Of a stretch of 64,000 bases of DNA, positions 30,196 through 38,941 are shown in pieces (the stretch's first letter is position 1; the number at the start of each line of letters is the position of its first letter). The translations under genes and the position numbers were made by a program. The DNA comes from Spirochaetia bacterium (GTDB taxonomy: Bacteria > Spirochaetota > Spirochaetia > SZUA-6 > Bin103), in the NCBI GenBank assembly GCA_965208575.1, contig CBDBOV010000005.1, forward strand, positions 960,001 through 1,024,000, given 5' to 3'. The notes below the pieces were generated by a model. The model was not told the DNA's origin. It did not search any database and was given only the letters and a program-made list of their open reading frames with translations.

Positions 30196-31109
30196 TGGCG
30201 AAGCCCGCGACGTTCGACGGCTACAGCGATCAGTACACGGTTGACTGCGAACGTGTTCTTGTGACCCTGTTGCGCGGACTTGGCCCGTGGAAGGAGTCGG
30301 TGTGTCTGGTAGGGGGGCTGACTCCGAGATACCTCGTAGTGGCTCGGCCGCCGGAAGTGCCGGCGCACGCCGGCACGCTCGACGTGGACATCGTCATAGA
30401 CCTACAGATCCTGGCCGACACCTCGGGCTACCACACGCTCGAGCAGAACCTGCGAGCGATGAGGTTTGAGCGGTCGACGAACGAACGGGGCCAACGGCTT
30501 TCATGGCGGTGGCAGACCCGCACCGAAAACGGCGCGCTGATGGTGGTCGAGCTACTCGCCGACGCACCGGAGATTGCTGGTGGCAGGGTTGAGCCGCTGC
30601 CCACGGAAGGGAACATCTCTGCGCTCAATGTCCCGCACTCGTCCATCGTGTTCGATCTGCATAACGTCGCGGAGATTCGCGCAGAGCTTCTTGGCGACGG
30701 GGGAATCGCCATCGAAGACGTGAAACACGCCGATCTGGTGAGCTTCACTTGCTTGAAGGCGTTCGCCTTCGATCAACGCTTCGAGCGGAAGGACGCCCAT
30801 GACCCGATCTATTGCATTGAGCACGCGGAGGAGGGTCTCGACAGCGCTGCGCGAATGTTCCGTGAGGCCTTGAAGGGCGTGCACGGCGCAGTGATCCGGG
30901 AATGCTTGTCGATTCTTCGCAATCGTTTCGCAGGGGAAGGAGGGGTCGAGGGGTATCGGAAGGACGGTCCAGTAGCGGTTGCCCGCTTCGAACTGGGCGA
31001 AGGTGAGGAGGCTGCTCAGCGCGAAGCTCGGGTGCTCCGGCAGCGGGAGGTTAGTAGTGTGATCGAGCGACTCCTGGCTCGGATCGGTCTGGAGGCGGCA
31101 TGCCGCTGA
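30195..31109 (+). CDS. Nucleotidyltransferase-fold protein (AbiEii-like partner)
   Basis: LVGGL..HAGTLDVDI (GG + DxD) and LKAFAF..R.ERKDAHD. Confidence 0.78.
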   Translation: MAKPATFDGYSDQYTVDCERVLVTLLRGLGPWKESVCLVGGLTPRYLVVARPPEVPAHAGTLDVDIVIDLQILADTSGYHTLEQNLRAMRFERSTNERGQRLSWRWQTRTENGALMVVELLADAPEIAGGRVEPLPTEGNISALNVPHSSIVFDLHNVAEIRAELLGDGGIAIEDVKHADLVSFTCLKAFAFDQRFERKDAHDPIYCIEHAEEGLDSAARMFREALKGVHGAVIRECLSILRNRFAGEGGVEGYRKDGPVAVARFELGEGEEAAQREARVLRQREVSSVIERLLARIGLEAACR

Positions 31110-31981
31110 AGGCGGTTTTGTGGGAGTCAACAGATATCTGGATCCCGCGATTCCCGAGCTGTGCGGCGCACGACGAGACGCGATGGCGCTCTGGGCGTTG
31201 TTCACTAATCTGCTGAGAGCCGAACGAGAGGCGGTCGAGGACGCTGCGACTGCTGAGCCAAGTGAGCGGTGTTCTCCAGGACCAGATTCCGAGCCTACTG
31301 ATAAACACGTTTGGCGGCTACACTGCTTCGCGGTCCAATCCCCAGTGGATCAAGCGCGTAGAGGCGGAAGTGTCGGCACTGGTCGCACGGTTGTTGCAGG
31401 CGGGCCTCGCTGAGCGGGAGGGGGATCTCATCCACTTAACACTGCTTGGCCGGGCCTGCGGGTCGTCATCTCTATCCTTCGAGTCCGGTCTTCGCTTAAT
31501 CGAACTCATGCGGCCACTGCCCGCAGCGCAGACCGATCCGCTCCAGGTGCTTGGAATCCTCCAAGTTCTGTCCAAGCGTGCCTCACTGCTGAGCGACTGG
31601 ATTGAAGGAACGGCGGTCGACGAACTCGAACGGCGCTATTCAACCACGCCCTACGCGGGTGCGATCAGCTACGGTGACATCATCCGAATCGCGGACGGAG
31701 CTCGTTTTCATTTGCGCTCCGCGCATCAGATTCTTTCGACCCTCTTCCCGAACCAGCCGACATTCCTATCCAGACTGGACCGGCTTCTGAACCGGCTGGA
31801 GTTCGGACTACCGGAGGAGGCGCTGGCGCTAATGGGAATCCCGTTAGCCCTGACGCGCGGGCAGTATCTGGCCCTATTCGCGTCGGGTTGTACCGCCGCC
31901 AGCGAAGCAACGACTTTGCCAATAGAAACGCTAACCGATTGCATCGGCGCTGATAGGGCATCCCTGTTGACGGCGAGGTAG
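31100..31981 (+). pseudogene. Collapsed caspase-like + Ski2-like helicase gene
   Basis: GGAGG-ATG 31100 gives MPLKAV(F)VGVNRYLDPAIPELCGARRDAMALW (peptidase C14-like start, 1-bp frameshift). It then jumps to helicase C-terminal parts (NTFGGY, LTLLGRAC, DWIEG..LERRY, RLEFGLP). Confidence 0.62.
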
Positions 31982-31994
31982 AATAGCATCCAGC

Positions 31995-33002
31995 GTGGCG
32001 GAGCAGCAGTCCGGGGGCAGCACATTCAAGGGGTACGTGGTCAGGAGGCTGGCGCTGTCGCTGCTCACCATCCTGGTGGCCAGCTTCCTGGTGTTCATGC
32101 TGCAGCGCTTGACCCCGGGCACCATCGTCGATGCGATGGTGGGTCAGTACATGGGGATGAACCCGGACGAGATCGACATAGCCGCGGCGCGCGCCGAGAT
32201 CGAGCGGGCGCTGGGGCTGGAGCGGCCGCTGTTCGAGCAGTACGCGAGCTGGTTGGGCGGCATCGTGCTGCGCGGCGACCTCGGCGCGTCGCTGTGGCGG
32301 CGCACGCCGGTGCTGGAGGAGATCGCCGCGCGCTGGCCGGTCACCGTCGAACTGGGCCTGCTCGGATTCATTTTCAGCCAGATCATTGCGCTGCCGATAG
32401 GCATCTACTCGGCGGTGCGCCAGGACTCGCTCGGCGACTACGCCGGGCGCAGCTTCGCCATCTTCTGGGTCGCGGTGCCGGGCTTCTGGATCGCTACGAT
32501 GGTGATCGTCTACCCGTCGATCTGGTGGGGCTACGCGCCGCCGTTCCGGTACGTCGGGTTGTTCGAGGATCCGGTCGAGAACCTGAAGATCCTGGTCATT
32601 CCGGCGCTGGTGCTGGGCATGGGAATGGCGGGCGGGACGATGCGCATCGCCCGCACCATGATGCTGGAGGTGCTGCGCCAGGACTACATCCGCACCTCCT
32701 GGGCGAAGGGGCTCCGCGAGCGGGTCATCCTGGTCCGCCACGCGCTCAAGAACGCGATGATCCCGGTGGTGACCTCGATCGGCCCGCAGCTCCTGCTGAT
32801 GGTGGGCGGCTCGGTGATCGTGGAGCAGATATTCAACTTGCCGGGCATGGGGCGGCTGACGCTGCAGGCGATCCAGGCGCGCGACTACCCGGTGGTGAGC
32901 GGGGTGCTGCTGATCTTCTCGGTGGCGATCGTGCTGATCAACCTGCTGATCGACCTGAGCTACGGCTACCTGGACCCCCGCATCCGGCACGAACGGAAGT
33001 GA
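31995..33002 (+). CDS. ABC transporter permease (OppB/DppB-type)
   Basis: QDYIRTSWAKGL, RHALKNA, DPRIR. Confidence 0.95.
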   Translation: MAEQQSGGSTFKGYVVRRLALSLLTILVASFLVFMLQRLTPGTIVDAMVGQYMGMNPDEIDIAAARAEIERALGLERPLFEQYASWLGGIVLRGDLGASLWRRTPVLEEIAARWPVTVELGLLGFIFSQIIALPIGIYSAVRQDSLGDYAGRSFAIFWVAVPGFWIATMVIVYPSIWWGYAPPFRYVGLFEDPVENLKILVIPALVLGMGMAGGTMRIARTMMLEVLRQDYIRTSWAKGLRERVILVRHALKNAMIPVVTSIGPQLLLMVGGSVIVEQIFNLPGMGRLTLQAIQARDYPVVSGVLLIFSVAIVLINLLIDLSYGYLDPRIRHERK

Positions 33003-33050
33003 CGGCGGTGGCGACGGACGGGCAGTGCTCCCGGCTGACCGGGTTCCTGG

Positions 33051-33093
33051 TGAGCCTGCACGGTCACTCCGTGACAGGGAAGACGACGAAAAC
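33051..33093 (+). repeat. 43-bp dispersed double-hairpin element, copy 2
   Basis: TGAGCCTGCACGGTCACTCCGTGACAGGGAAGACGACGAAAAC, lying between duplicated permease starts. Confidence 0.75.
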
Positions 33094-33150
33094 CGATTCT
33101 CAAGCATCGTCCGCCGGAAAGCCTTTTCGGACCAGGATCAGGGGCCGGCG

Positions 33151-34065
33151 GTGACCGGGGACAAGAGGCGCTCAAGGCTGACCGGCTTCCTGCTGCGGCT
33201 GGTCAAGGAGAAGCCGCTCGGCGCGGTGGGGCTGCTGATCACCCTGCTGCTGCTGTTCGCCGGCATCTTCGCCGACTTCCTGGCGCCCTACGGGGTGAAC
33301 GACATGCATGACGACCGGCTGGCGCCGCCGTCGGCGCGCTACCTGCTGGGCACCGACAACCTGGGCCGCGACCTGCTGAGCCGGGTGATCTTCGGCGCCC
33401 GCGTGTCGATGGTGGTCGGCCTGGCGAGCAGCACCGTGGCCACCGTGATCTCGGTCGGCATCGGCATGCTGAGCGGCTACGTCGGCGGCAAGTTCGACCT
33501 GATCGTGCAGCGCTTCGTGGACGCGGTGATGTCGCTGCCGCTTATCATCATCGTGGCGGTGATCATGTCGATGGTGGGCCAGGGCGTGCTGCCGCTGATC
33601 ATCGTCATGGGGGTGGGCGGCGGCATCAGCGGCTCGCGCCACTCGCGCGGCTTCACCATCAGCGTGGTCGGCAACGCCTACGTGCAGGCGGCGGCCGCGA
33701 TCGGCGCCCCCACCAGCCGCATCCTGCTGCACCACATCCTGCCCAACATCGCACCGCTGATCATCGTCGGCTTCTCGATGCTGCTGCCGGGGATCATCCT
33801 CACGGAGGCGTCGCTGAGTTTCCTGGGCTACGGCATCCCGCCGCCGGCGCCGAGCTGGGGGGCGATGCTCAGCGGCGCCAACCGCAGCTACATGTTCCTG
33901 GCACCCTGGATGGTACTGTGGCCCGGACTCGCGCTGAGTGTGGTAGTGTACGGCACGCACATGTTCGGCGACGCGCTGCGCGACATCCTGGACCCGCGCC
34001 TGCGCGGCGGGGCGGGGCGCTACGGTGTCCGACAGCGTCGGCGAAGGGTGCGAAAGGGGAAATGA
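33151..34065 (+). CDS. ABC transporter permease (OppC/DppC-type)
   Basis: GTDNLGRDLLSR, EASLSFLGYG, GDALRDILDPR. Start is uncertain (GTG 33151; ORF track gives 33025). Confidence 0.9.
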   Translation: MTGDKRRSRLTGFLLRLVKEKPLGAVGLLITLLLLFAGIFADFLAPYGVNDMHDDRLAPPSARYLLGTDNLGRDLLSRVIFGARVSMVVGLASSTVATVISVGIGMLSGYVGGKFDLIVQRFVDAVMSLPLIIIVAVIMSMVGQGVLPLIIVMGVGGGISGSRHSRGFTISVVGNAYVQAAAAIGAPTSRILLHHILPNIAPLIIVGFSMLLPGIILTEASLSFLGYGIPPPAPSWGAMLSGANRSYMFLAPWMVLWPGLALSVVVYGTHMFGDALRDILDPRLRGGAGRYGVRQRRRRVRKGK

Positions 34066-34136
34066 CGACAGCAGACCCGTGACTGGTGACAGTCGCGAGT
34101 ACATAACGCAACGCTACCAAACAGGAGGAGAGAGCG

Positions 34137-35858
34137 ATGCAGAACAGATGGATGGCCCTGTTGACCGGGGCCCTGGTATTGGTCGGCGTGTCCGCATGGG
34201 GCTCGCCCGCGGGCGAGGAGGGCGCGGCCGCCGAGGACTCGATGTACGGAGGCACGGCGGCGCTCTATTTCTGGGGTCAGGACGTGCCGAGCGCGGACAC
34301 CAACCTCAACCAGTGGGTCACGCGCATGTACATCAGCCCGGTGATGCAGCGCCTGGTGGAGGCGGACTTCGTCCAATACGGCCCGCGCGGCACCGGCGAG
34401 TTCACCAACTTCACCAGCGACAACATCTCGCCGGCCTACTCGCGCGGCGCGCTGGCGGAGAGCTGGGAAGTGACCGCCGACCGCATGGTGTTCACCATAC
34501 GCGACGGCATCATGTGGGCGGCGGACGGCAAGGAACACGTCATGCAGTCGCGCACCTATACCGCCGAGGACTGCGCGTACGCCCTGAACCGGGTCGCCGA
34601 CCGCGGCAACGCCGGCTGGCGCACCGAGAACGGCGGCTTCATCGACAAGATCCACGCGCAGGGCAACGACTGCATCGTCGAGACCAGCAGCTTCAACCCG
34701 GGCGGCTTCGCCAACATCGCGCAACATTCCGGGTCGGTGCACTATCCGCGCGAGGTGGTGGAGGCCGATCCCGGCAACTGGGACAACCTGGTCGGTACCG
34801 GGCCGTTCCTGCTGCAGGAGGCGGTGGTCGGCTCGCACATTTCGTTCGCGCGCAACCCGCAGTACTGGCGCACCACGACCATCGACGGCGCCGAGTACCA
34901 GTTGCCGTTCATCGACGAGATGATCATGCCCAACCTGCCGGACGAGTCGACCCAGATTGCCTCCCTGCGCACCGGCAAGCTGGACATCATGGGCACCGTG
35001 AGCGTGAAGTTCCGCGAAACCCTCGCCGACACCTCGCCCGACCTGCAGAGCCAGGGCTGGGTGGAGATCTGGCCGGTGGTGGTGGCGCTGAACCACGACA
35101 ACGAGCACCTGTCCAACAAGCAGGTGCGGCGGGCGCTGATGATGGCGGTCGACCAGGAGGCAATCATCGACGCGGTGTGGGGTTACGGCGCGCTGTACAA
35201 CTACCCGGTCGACTGGCGCGACGGTTCGAGCATCCTGGGCGACTTCGACGAGCTGCCGGACCACATCACCGAGCTGTACGCCTACAGCCCGGACAAGGCG
35301 CGGCAGATGATCGTGGACGCCGGCTACCCGGACGGCTTCAAGCTGGAGATCGCGTTTACGCCGGCGGCGACGGCGGGCACCCATGGCGACATCGCGACCA
35401 TGATGGCCGGGTTCTTCGAGGACGTGGGCGTCGAGCTGGAGTTGAAGTCGCATGAGCACACGGCGCTGTCCGCGCTGATGTCGTCGCGCACCGGCTATGA
35501 CCTGTTCGCCACCAACTCGGCGTCCAACAACCCGCTGGGAATCATCGGGTCGCTGGCGTCGACCGACGAGTCCAACCCCTGGAACACGCCCAACTACGAC
35601 AACCCCAAGCTCGCCGAGCTGACCGACAAGGCGCGGATGACCGTGGACGCCGGCGAGCGCGACGCCATCCTCAAGGAGATGGCGCTGCTGGTGATGGACG
35701 AGGTGGCCTACATTCCGATCGGCGCGAGCGGCCGGTTCGTGTACTGGTGGCCGTGGGTCAAGAACTACTACGGCGAGGCGATGAGCGGCGGCACCAGCGT
35801 CGGCCCCTACATGGAGCACCTGTGGCTCGACCAGGCACTGAAGGCGCAGATGCAATAG
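34137..35858 (+). CDS. ABC transporter substrate-binding protein, family 5
   Basis: AGGAGGAG RBS, signal peptide, LAESWE, VGTGPF, VRRALMMAVD. Confidence 0.93.
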   Translation: MQNRWMALLTGALVLVGVSAWGSPAGEEGAAAEDSMYGGTAALYFWGQDVPSADTNLNQWVTRMYISPVMQRLVEADFVQYGPRGTGEFTNFTSDNISPAYSRGALAESWEVTADRMVFTIRDGIMWAADGKEHVMQSRTYTAEDCAYALNRVADRGNAGWRTENGGFIDKIHAQGNDCIVETSSFNPGGFANIAQHSGSVHYPREVVEADPGNWDNLVGTGPFLLQEAVVGSHISFARNPQYWRTTTIDGAEYQLPFIDEMIMPNLPDESTQIASLRTGKLDIMGTVSVKFRETLADTSPDLQSQGWVEIWPVVVALNHDNEHLSNKQVRRALMMAVDQEAIIDAVWGYGALYNYPVDWRDGSSILGDFDELPDHITELYAYSPDKARQMIVDAGYPDGFKLEIAFTPAATAGTHGDIATMMAGFFEDVGVELELKSHEHTALSALMSSRTGYDLFATNSASNNPLGIIGSLASTDESNPWNTPNYDNPKLAELTDKARMTVDAGERDAILKEMALLVMDEVAYIPIGASGRFVYWWPWVKNYYGEAMSGGTSVGPYMEHLWLDQALKAQMQ

Positions 35859-35886
35859 GAGTGGCGAGCACGGAACAAGAGCCCGC

Positions 35887-36906
35887 ATGAGCCGGGTGCT
35901 GTTGATCGGCGGGCCGGGGAACATCTCCGGCGGCTGCGCCGAGGAACTGATCGCCGGCGGGCATCCGCTGGCGATCCTCAAGCGCGGCGAGAACGCCGAT
36001 CCGCGGTTCGCCGGGGCGGTGCGGTTCTACCGTGGCGACCGCGGCCGCCCGTCCGACCTGAAGGCGGCGCTAGACGACTTCAGGCCGGACGCGGTGGTCG
36101 ACTTCGTGTGCTTCGAACCGGAGCGGGTGGAGGAACTGGCGCCGCTGCTGCCGGAGGCGGCGCACTACGTGCTGGTGAGCACGGTGGACACCTACGGCTA
36201 CCCGCTGTCGCGCATCCCCATGCGGGAGACGGATCCGCGCGCGCCGACCCGCAACCCGTACGGCGCGGCCAAGCGCGCCTGCGAGGAGCGGGTGGCGCGG
36301 CTGCTCACCGGCGCGGGGCGCCCGGCCACGGTCGTGCGTCCCACCTACTCGTTCGGGACGGCGAGCGGCATGATGTCGCTGTTCGCCTGGGGCGGCATGA
36401 AGGAGCAGGTGCCGCGCATGCGGGCCGGCATGCCGGTGCTGGTGCCGGGCGACGGCAACACCATCCTGCACGCGAGTTGCGCGTACGACACGGGGCGGAT
36501 GATCGCGCGCGCGGTGCAGGGGCGGGACGCCGCGGCCGGCCGGAGCTACACCTGCGGGCACGACGGCGCCCTGACCTTCGACGGGTACCTGGAGTTGGTC
36601 GCCGGTGTGCTGGGCGTCGAGCCGGAGCTGGTGCACGTGCCGGTGGAGGTGCTGCTGGCAACCGACAGCGACGAGGTCAGGGGAAGCTTCGTGCCGTCAC
36701 TGACGCGCTACAACATGTGCTTCTCGGTGGAGGCGTTCAAGCGCGACTTCCCCGACTTCGCGTGGCGCATGAGCCTGGAGGAGGGCGTACGGCAGTACGT
36801 GGACTGGTACGACCGCCACGGCCTGTTTGCTGACCCCGGCGAGGAGATCTACGAAGACCGGGTGATCCGGGCGTGGCAGAAATGCCTCACTCATTTCCGC
36901 CTGTGA
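35887..36906 (+). CDS. NAD-dependent epimerase/dehydratase family protein
   Basis: LLIGGPGNIS and YGAAK. Confidence 0.88.
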   Translation: MSRVLLIGGPGNISGGCAEELIAGGHPLAILKRGENADPRFAGAVRFYRGDRGRPSDLKAALDDFRPDAVVDFVCFEPERVEELAPLLPEAAHYVLVSTVDTYGYPLSRIPMRETDPRAPTRNPYGAAKRACEERVARLLTGAGRPATVVRPTYSFGTASGMMSLFAWGGMKEQVPRMRAGMPVLVPGDGNTILHASCAYDTGRMIARAVQGRDAAAGRSYTCGHDGALTFDGYLELVAGVLGVEPELVHVPVEVLLATDSDEVRGSFVPSLTRYNMCFSVEAFKRDFPDFAWRMSLEEGVRQYVDWYDRHGLFADPGEEIYEDRVIRAWQKCLTHFRL

Positions 36907-37001
36907 TGCAGTACGGAAACACGAAACCGCTCGGATGAAACCGATGCCCACGTGTCGCCCGCCGGCCGGCTTTTCGGACAGGTACTGATACACTTCCGCA
37001 C

Positions 37002-38927
37002 ATGAAGGGTTCCGCGTACCACTATCCGAGCCCCCATGCGAAGATGACCGCGCCGGCCCTCGGCCGGAGCCGCTGGACCGGCGGCTTCTGGGCCGACCGC
37101 TTCGAACTCTGCCACGGCACGATTCTGCCGAGCATGCGCCGCGCATTGGAGGATCCCTCCAACAAGGGGCGGCTGGCCTACTTCCGCATCGCCGCGGGGC
37201 TGGAGGAGGGCGCCCACGAGGGCACCGACTGGAGCGACGGCGACTGCTACAAGTGGCTGGAGGCGATGGCGCACGTGTACGGCGCGACCGGCGATGCGGA
37301 CCTGGACCGGCAGATGGACGAGGTGATCGGCTGGGTCGCCGCCGCGCAGGAGGCGGACGGCTACCTCAACACCCAGATCACGCTCAATCCGGCCAAGGAG
37401 CGCTGGCAGAACGTGCACCACCACGAGCTGTACAACGCCGGGCACTGCTTCACCGCCGCCGCCGTGCATCATGAGGCGACCGGCAAGCGCAACTTGCTGG
37501 AGGTGGCGGTCAGACTGGCCAACTACCTGTGCGCGGTGTTTCTGCCGACGCCGCCCGCGCTGGCCAACTTCGGGTTCAACCCGTCGCAGATTGTCGGCCT
37601 GGTGGACCTGTACCGGGTGACCGGCGAGCGCCGCTACCTGGAGTTGGCCGGCGTGTTCGTGAGCAACCGCGGGTCGGAGCCCGACCCCGGTTTCAACGGC
37701 GACCTGAACCAGGATCGGGTGCCGCTGCGGGAGGAGACCGTGGCGGTCGGGCACGCGGTGACTGCGACCTACCTGTGGGCCGGCGCGGCGGACGTGTACG
37801 CCGAAACCGGCGAAACGGCCGTGCTGGAGGCGCTGAAACGGATCTGGAACGACGTGGTAGCTACCAAGCTCTACCTGACCGGGGCGGTCGGCGCGGACCA
37901 CTTCAGCGCCTCCATCCGGAACGACCCGGTGCACGAGGCGTTCGGCCTGCCGCACGACCTGCCCAACGCCACCGCCTACACCGAGACCTGCGCCAACATC
38001 GGCCAGGGCATGTGGGCGTGGCGGATGGCGGTGCTCACCGGCGACGCCCGCTACGGCGACGTGCTGGAGCAGGTACTGTACAACAGTGGGCTGTCCGGCA
38101 TGAGCTCCGACGGCACCCGCTTCTGCTACACCAACCCGCTGCGCTGGTACGGCACCGGGCACCGCGGCATGAGCAACGACACCCCGGAGCGCTGGTTCAC
38201 CCACACCTGCTACTGCTGCCCGCCGCAGGTCGCCCGCACCATCGCCCGCCTGCACCGTTGGGCGTACGGCCTGGCGGACGACGCCGTGTGGGTTCACCTT
38301 TACGGCGGCAGCCGCCTGCAAGCGCAGGTCGCCGGCGGCACCCTGGTGCTGGAGCAGGAGACCGGCTACCCTTGGGACGGCGCCATCGCCATCACGGTGG
38401 AGGAGGCGCCGGCCAAGCCGTTCACGCTGCACCTGCGCGTACCGGGCTGGGCACGCGGCGCCGAACTGACGGTTGCCGGCGAGCAGGTGGCCGCCGAACC
38501 GGGCACCTACGCCGCCGTCCACCGGCAGTGGAAGGCTGGCGACGATGTGATTCTGACCCTGCCGCTGCGCGCCGAGCTGGTCACCGCCCACCCGCGCCTG
38601 GAGCAGAACCGCAACCAGGCCGCCGTGGTGCGCGGCCCGGTGGTCTACTGCCTGGAAGCGGTCGACCTGAGCGACGACACGCCGCTCGACGCGATCCACC
38701 TGCCGCGCGACTTCGCCCCGGCGGCACGCCACGACGCCGGCCTCCTGGGCGGCGTAACCGTGCTGGAGGGGACGGCCACCCGTGCCGGGAGCCGCCCCTG
38801 GGACGGCGAGCTCTACCGCCGCGGCGCCGCTGGCGACCGCGAGCCGGCGCCGATCCGGATGATCCCCTATTTCGCCTGGCACAACCGCGGCAACCACCCC
38901 ATGACCGTCTGGTTACCACTCGCGTAG
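37002..38927 (+). CDS. Glycoside hydrolase family 127 (beta-L-arabinofuranosidase-like)
   Basis: DCYKWLEA, HELYNAGH, GHAV, YTETCA, CYCCPP, IPYFAWHNRG. Confidence 0.95.
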   Translation: MKGSAYHYPSPHAKMTAPALGRSRWTGGFWADRFELCHGTILPSMRRALEDPSNKGRLAYFRIAAGLEEGAHEGTDWSDGDCYKWLEAMAHVYGATGDADLDRQMDEVIGWVAAAQEADGYLNTQITLNPAKERWQNVHHHELYNAGHCFTAAAVHHEATGKRNLLEVAVRLANYLCAVFLPTPPALANFGFNPSQIVGLVDLYRVTGERRYLELAGVFVSNRGSEPDPGFNGDLNQDRVPLREETVAVGHAVTATYLWAGAADVYAETGETAVLEALKRIWNDVVATKLYLTGAVGADHFSASIRNDPVHEAFGLPHDLPNATAYTETCANIGQGMWAWRMAVLTGDARYGDVLEQVLYNSGLSGMSSDGTRFCYTNPLRWYGTGHRGMSNDTPERWFTHTCYCCPPQVARTIARLHRWAYGLADDAVWVHLYGGSRLQAQVAGGTLVLEQETGYPWDGAIAITVEEAPAKPFTLHLRVPGWARGAELTVAGEQVAAEPGTYAAVHRQWKAGDDVILTLPLRAELVTAHPRLEQNRNQAAVVRGPVVYCLEAVDLSDDTPLDAIHLPRDFAPAARHDAGLLGGVTVLEGTATRAGSRPWDGELYRRGAAGDREPAPIRMIPYFAWHNRGNHPMTVWLPLA

Positions 38928-38941
38928 TGTTTTGCGGCCGT

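Noticed and set aside
36915-36950. GAAACCG half-sites as a LacI-type operator before GH127
   Set aside because: Not palindromic enough, and no regulator in the window.
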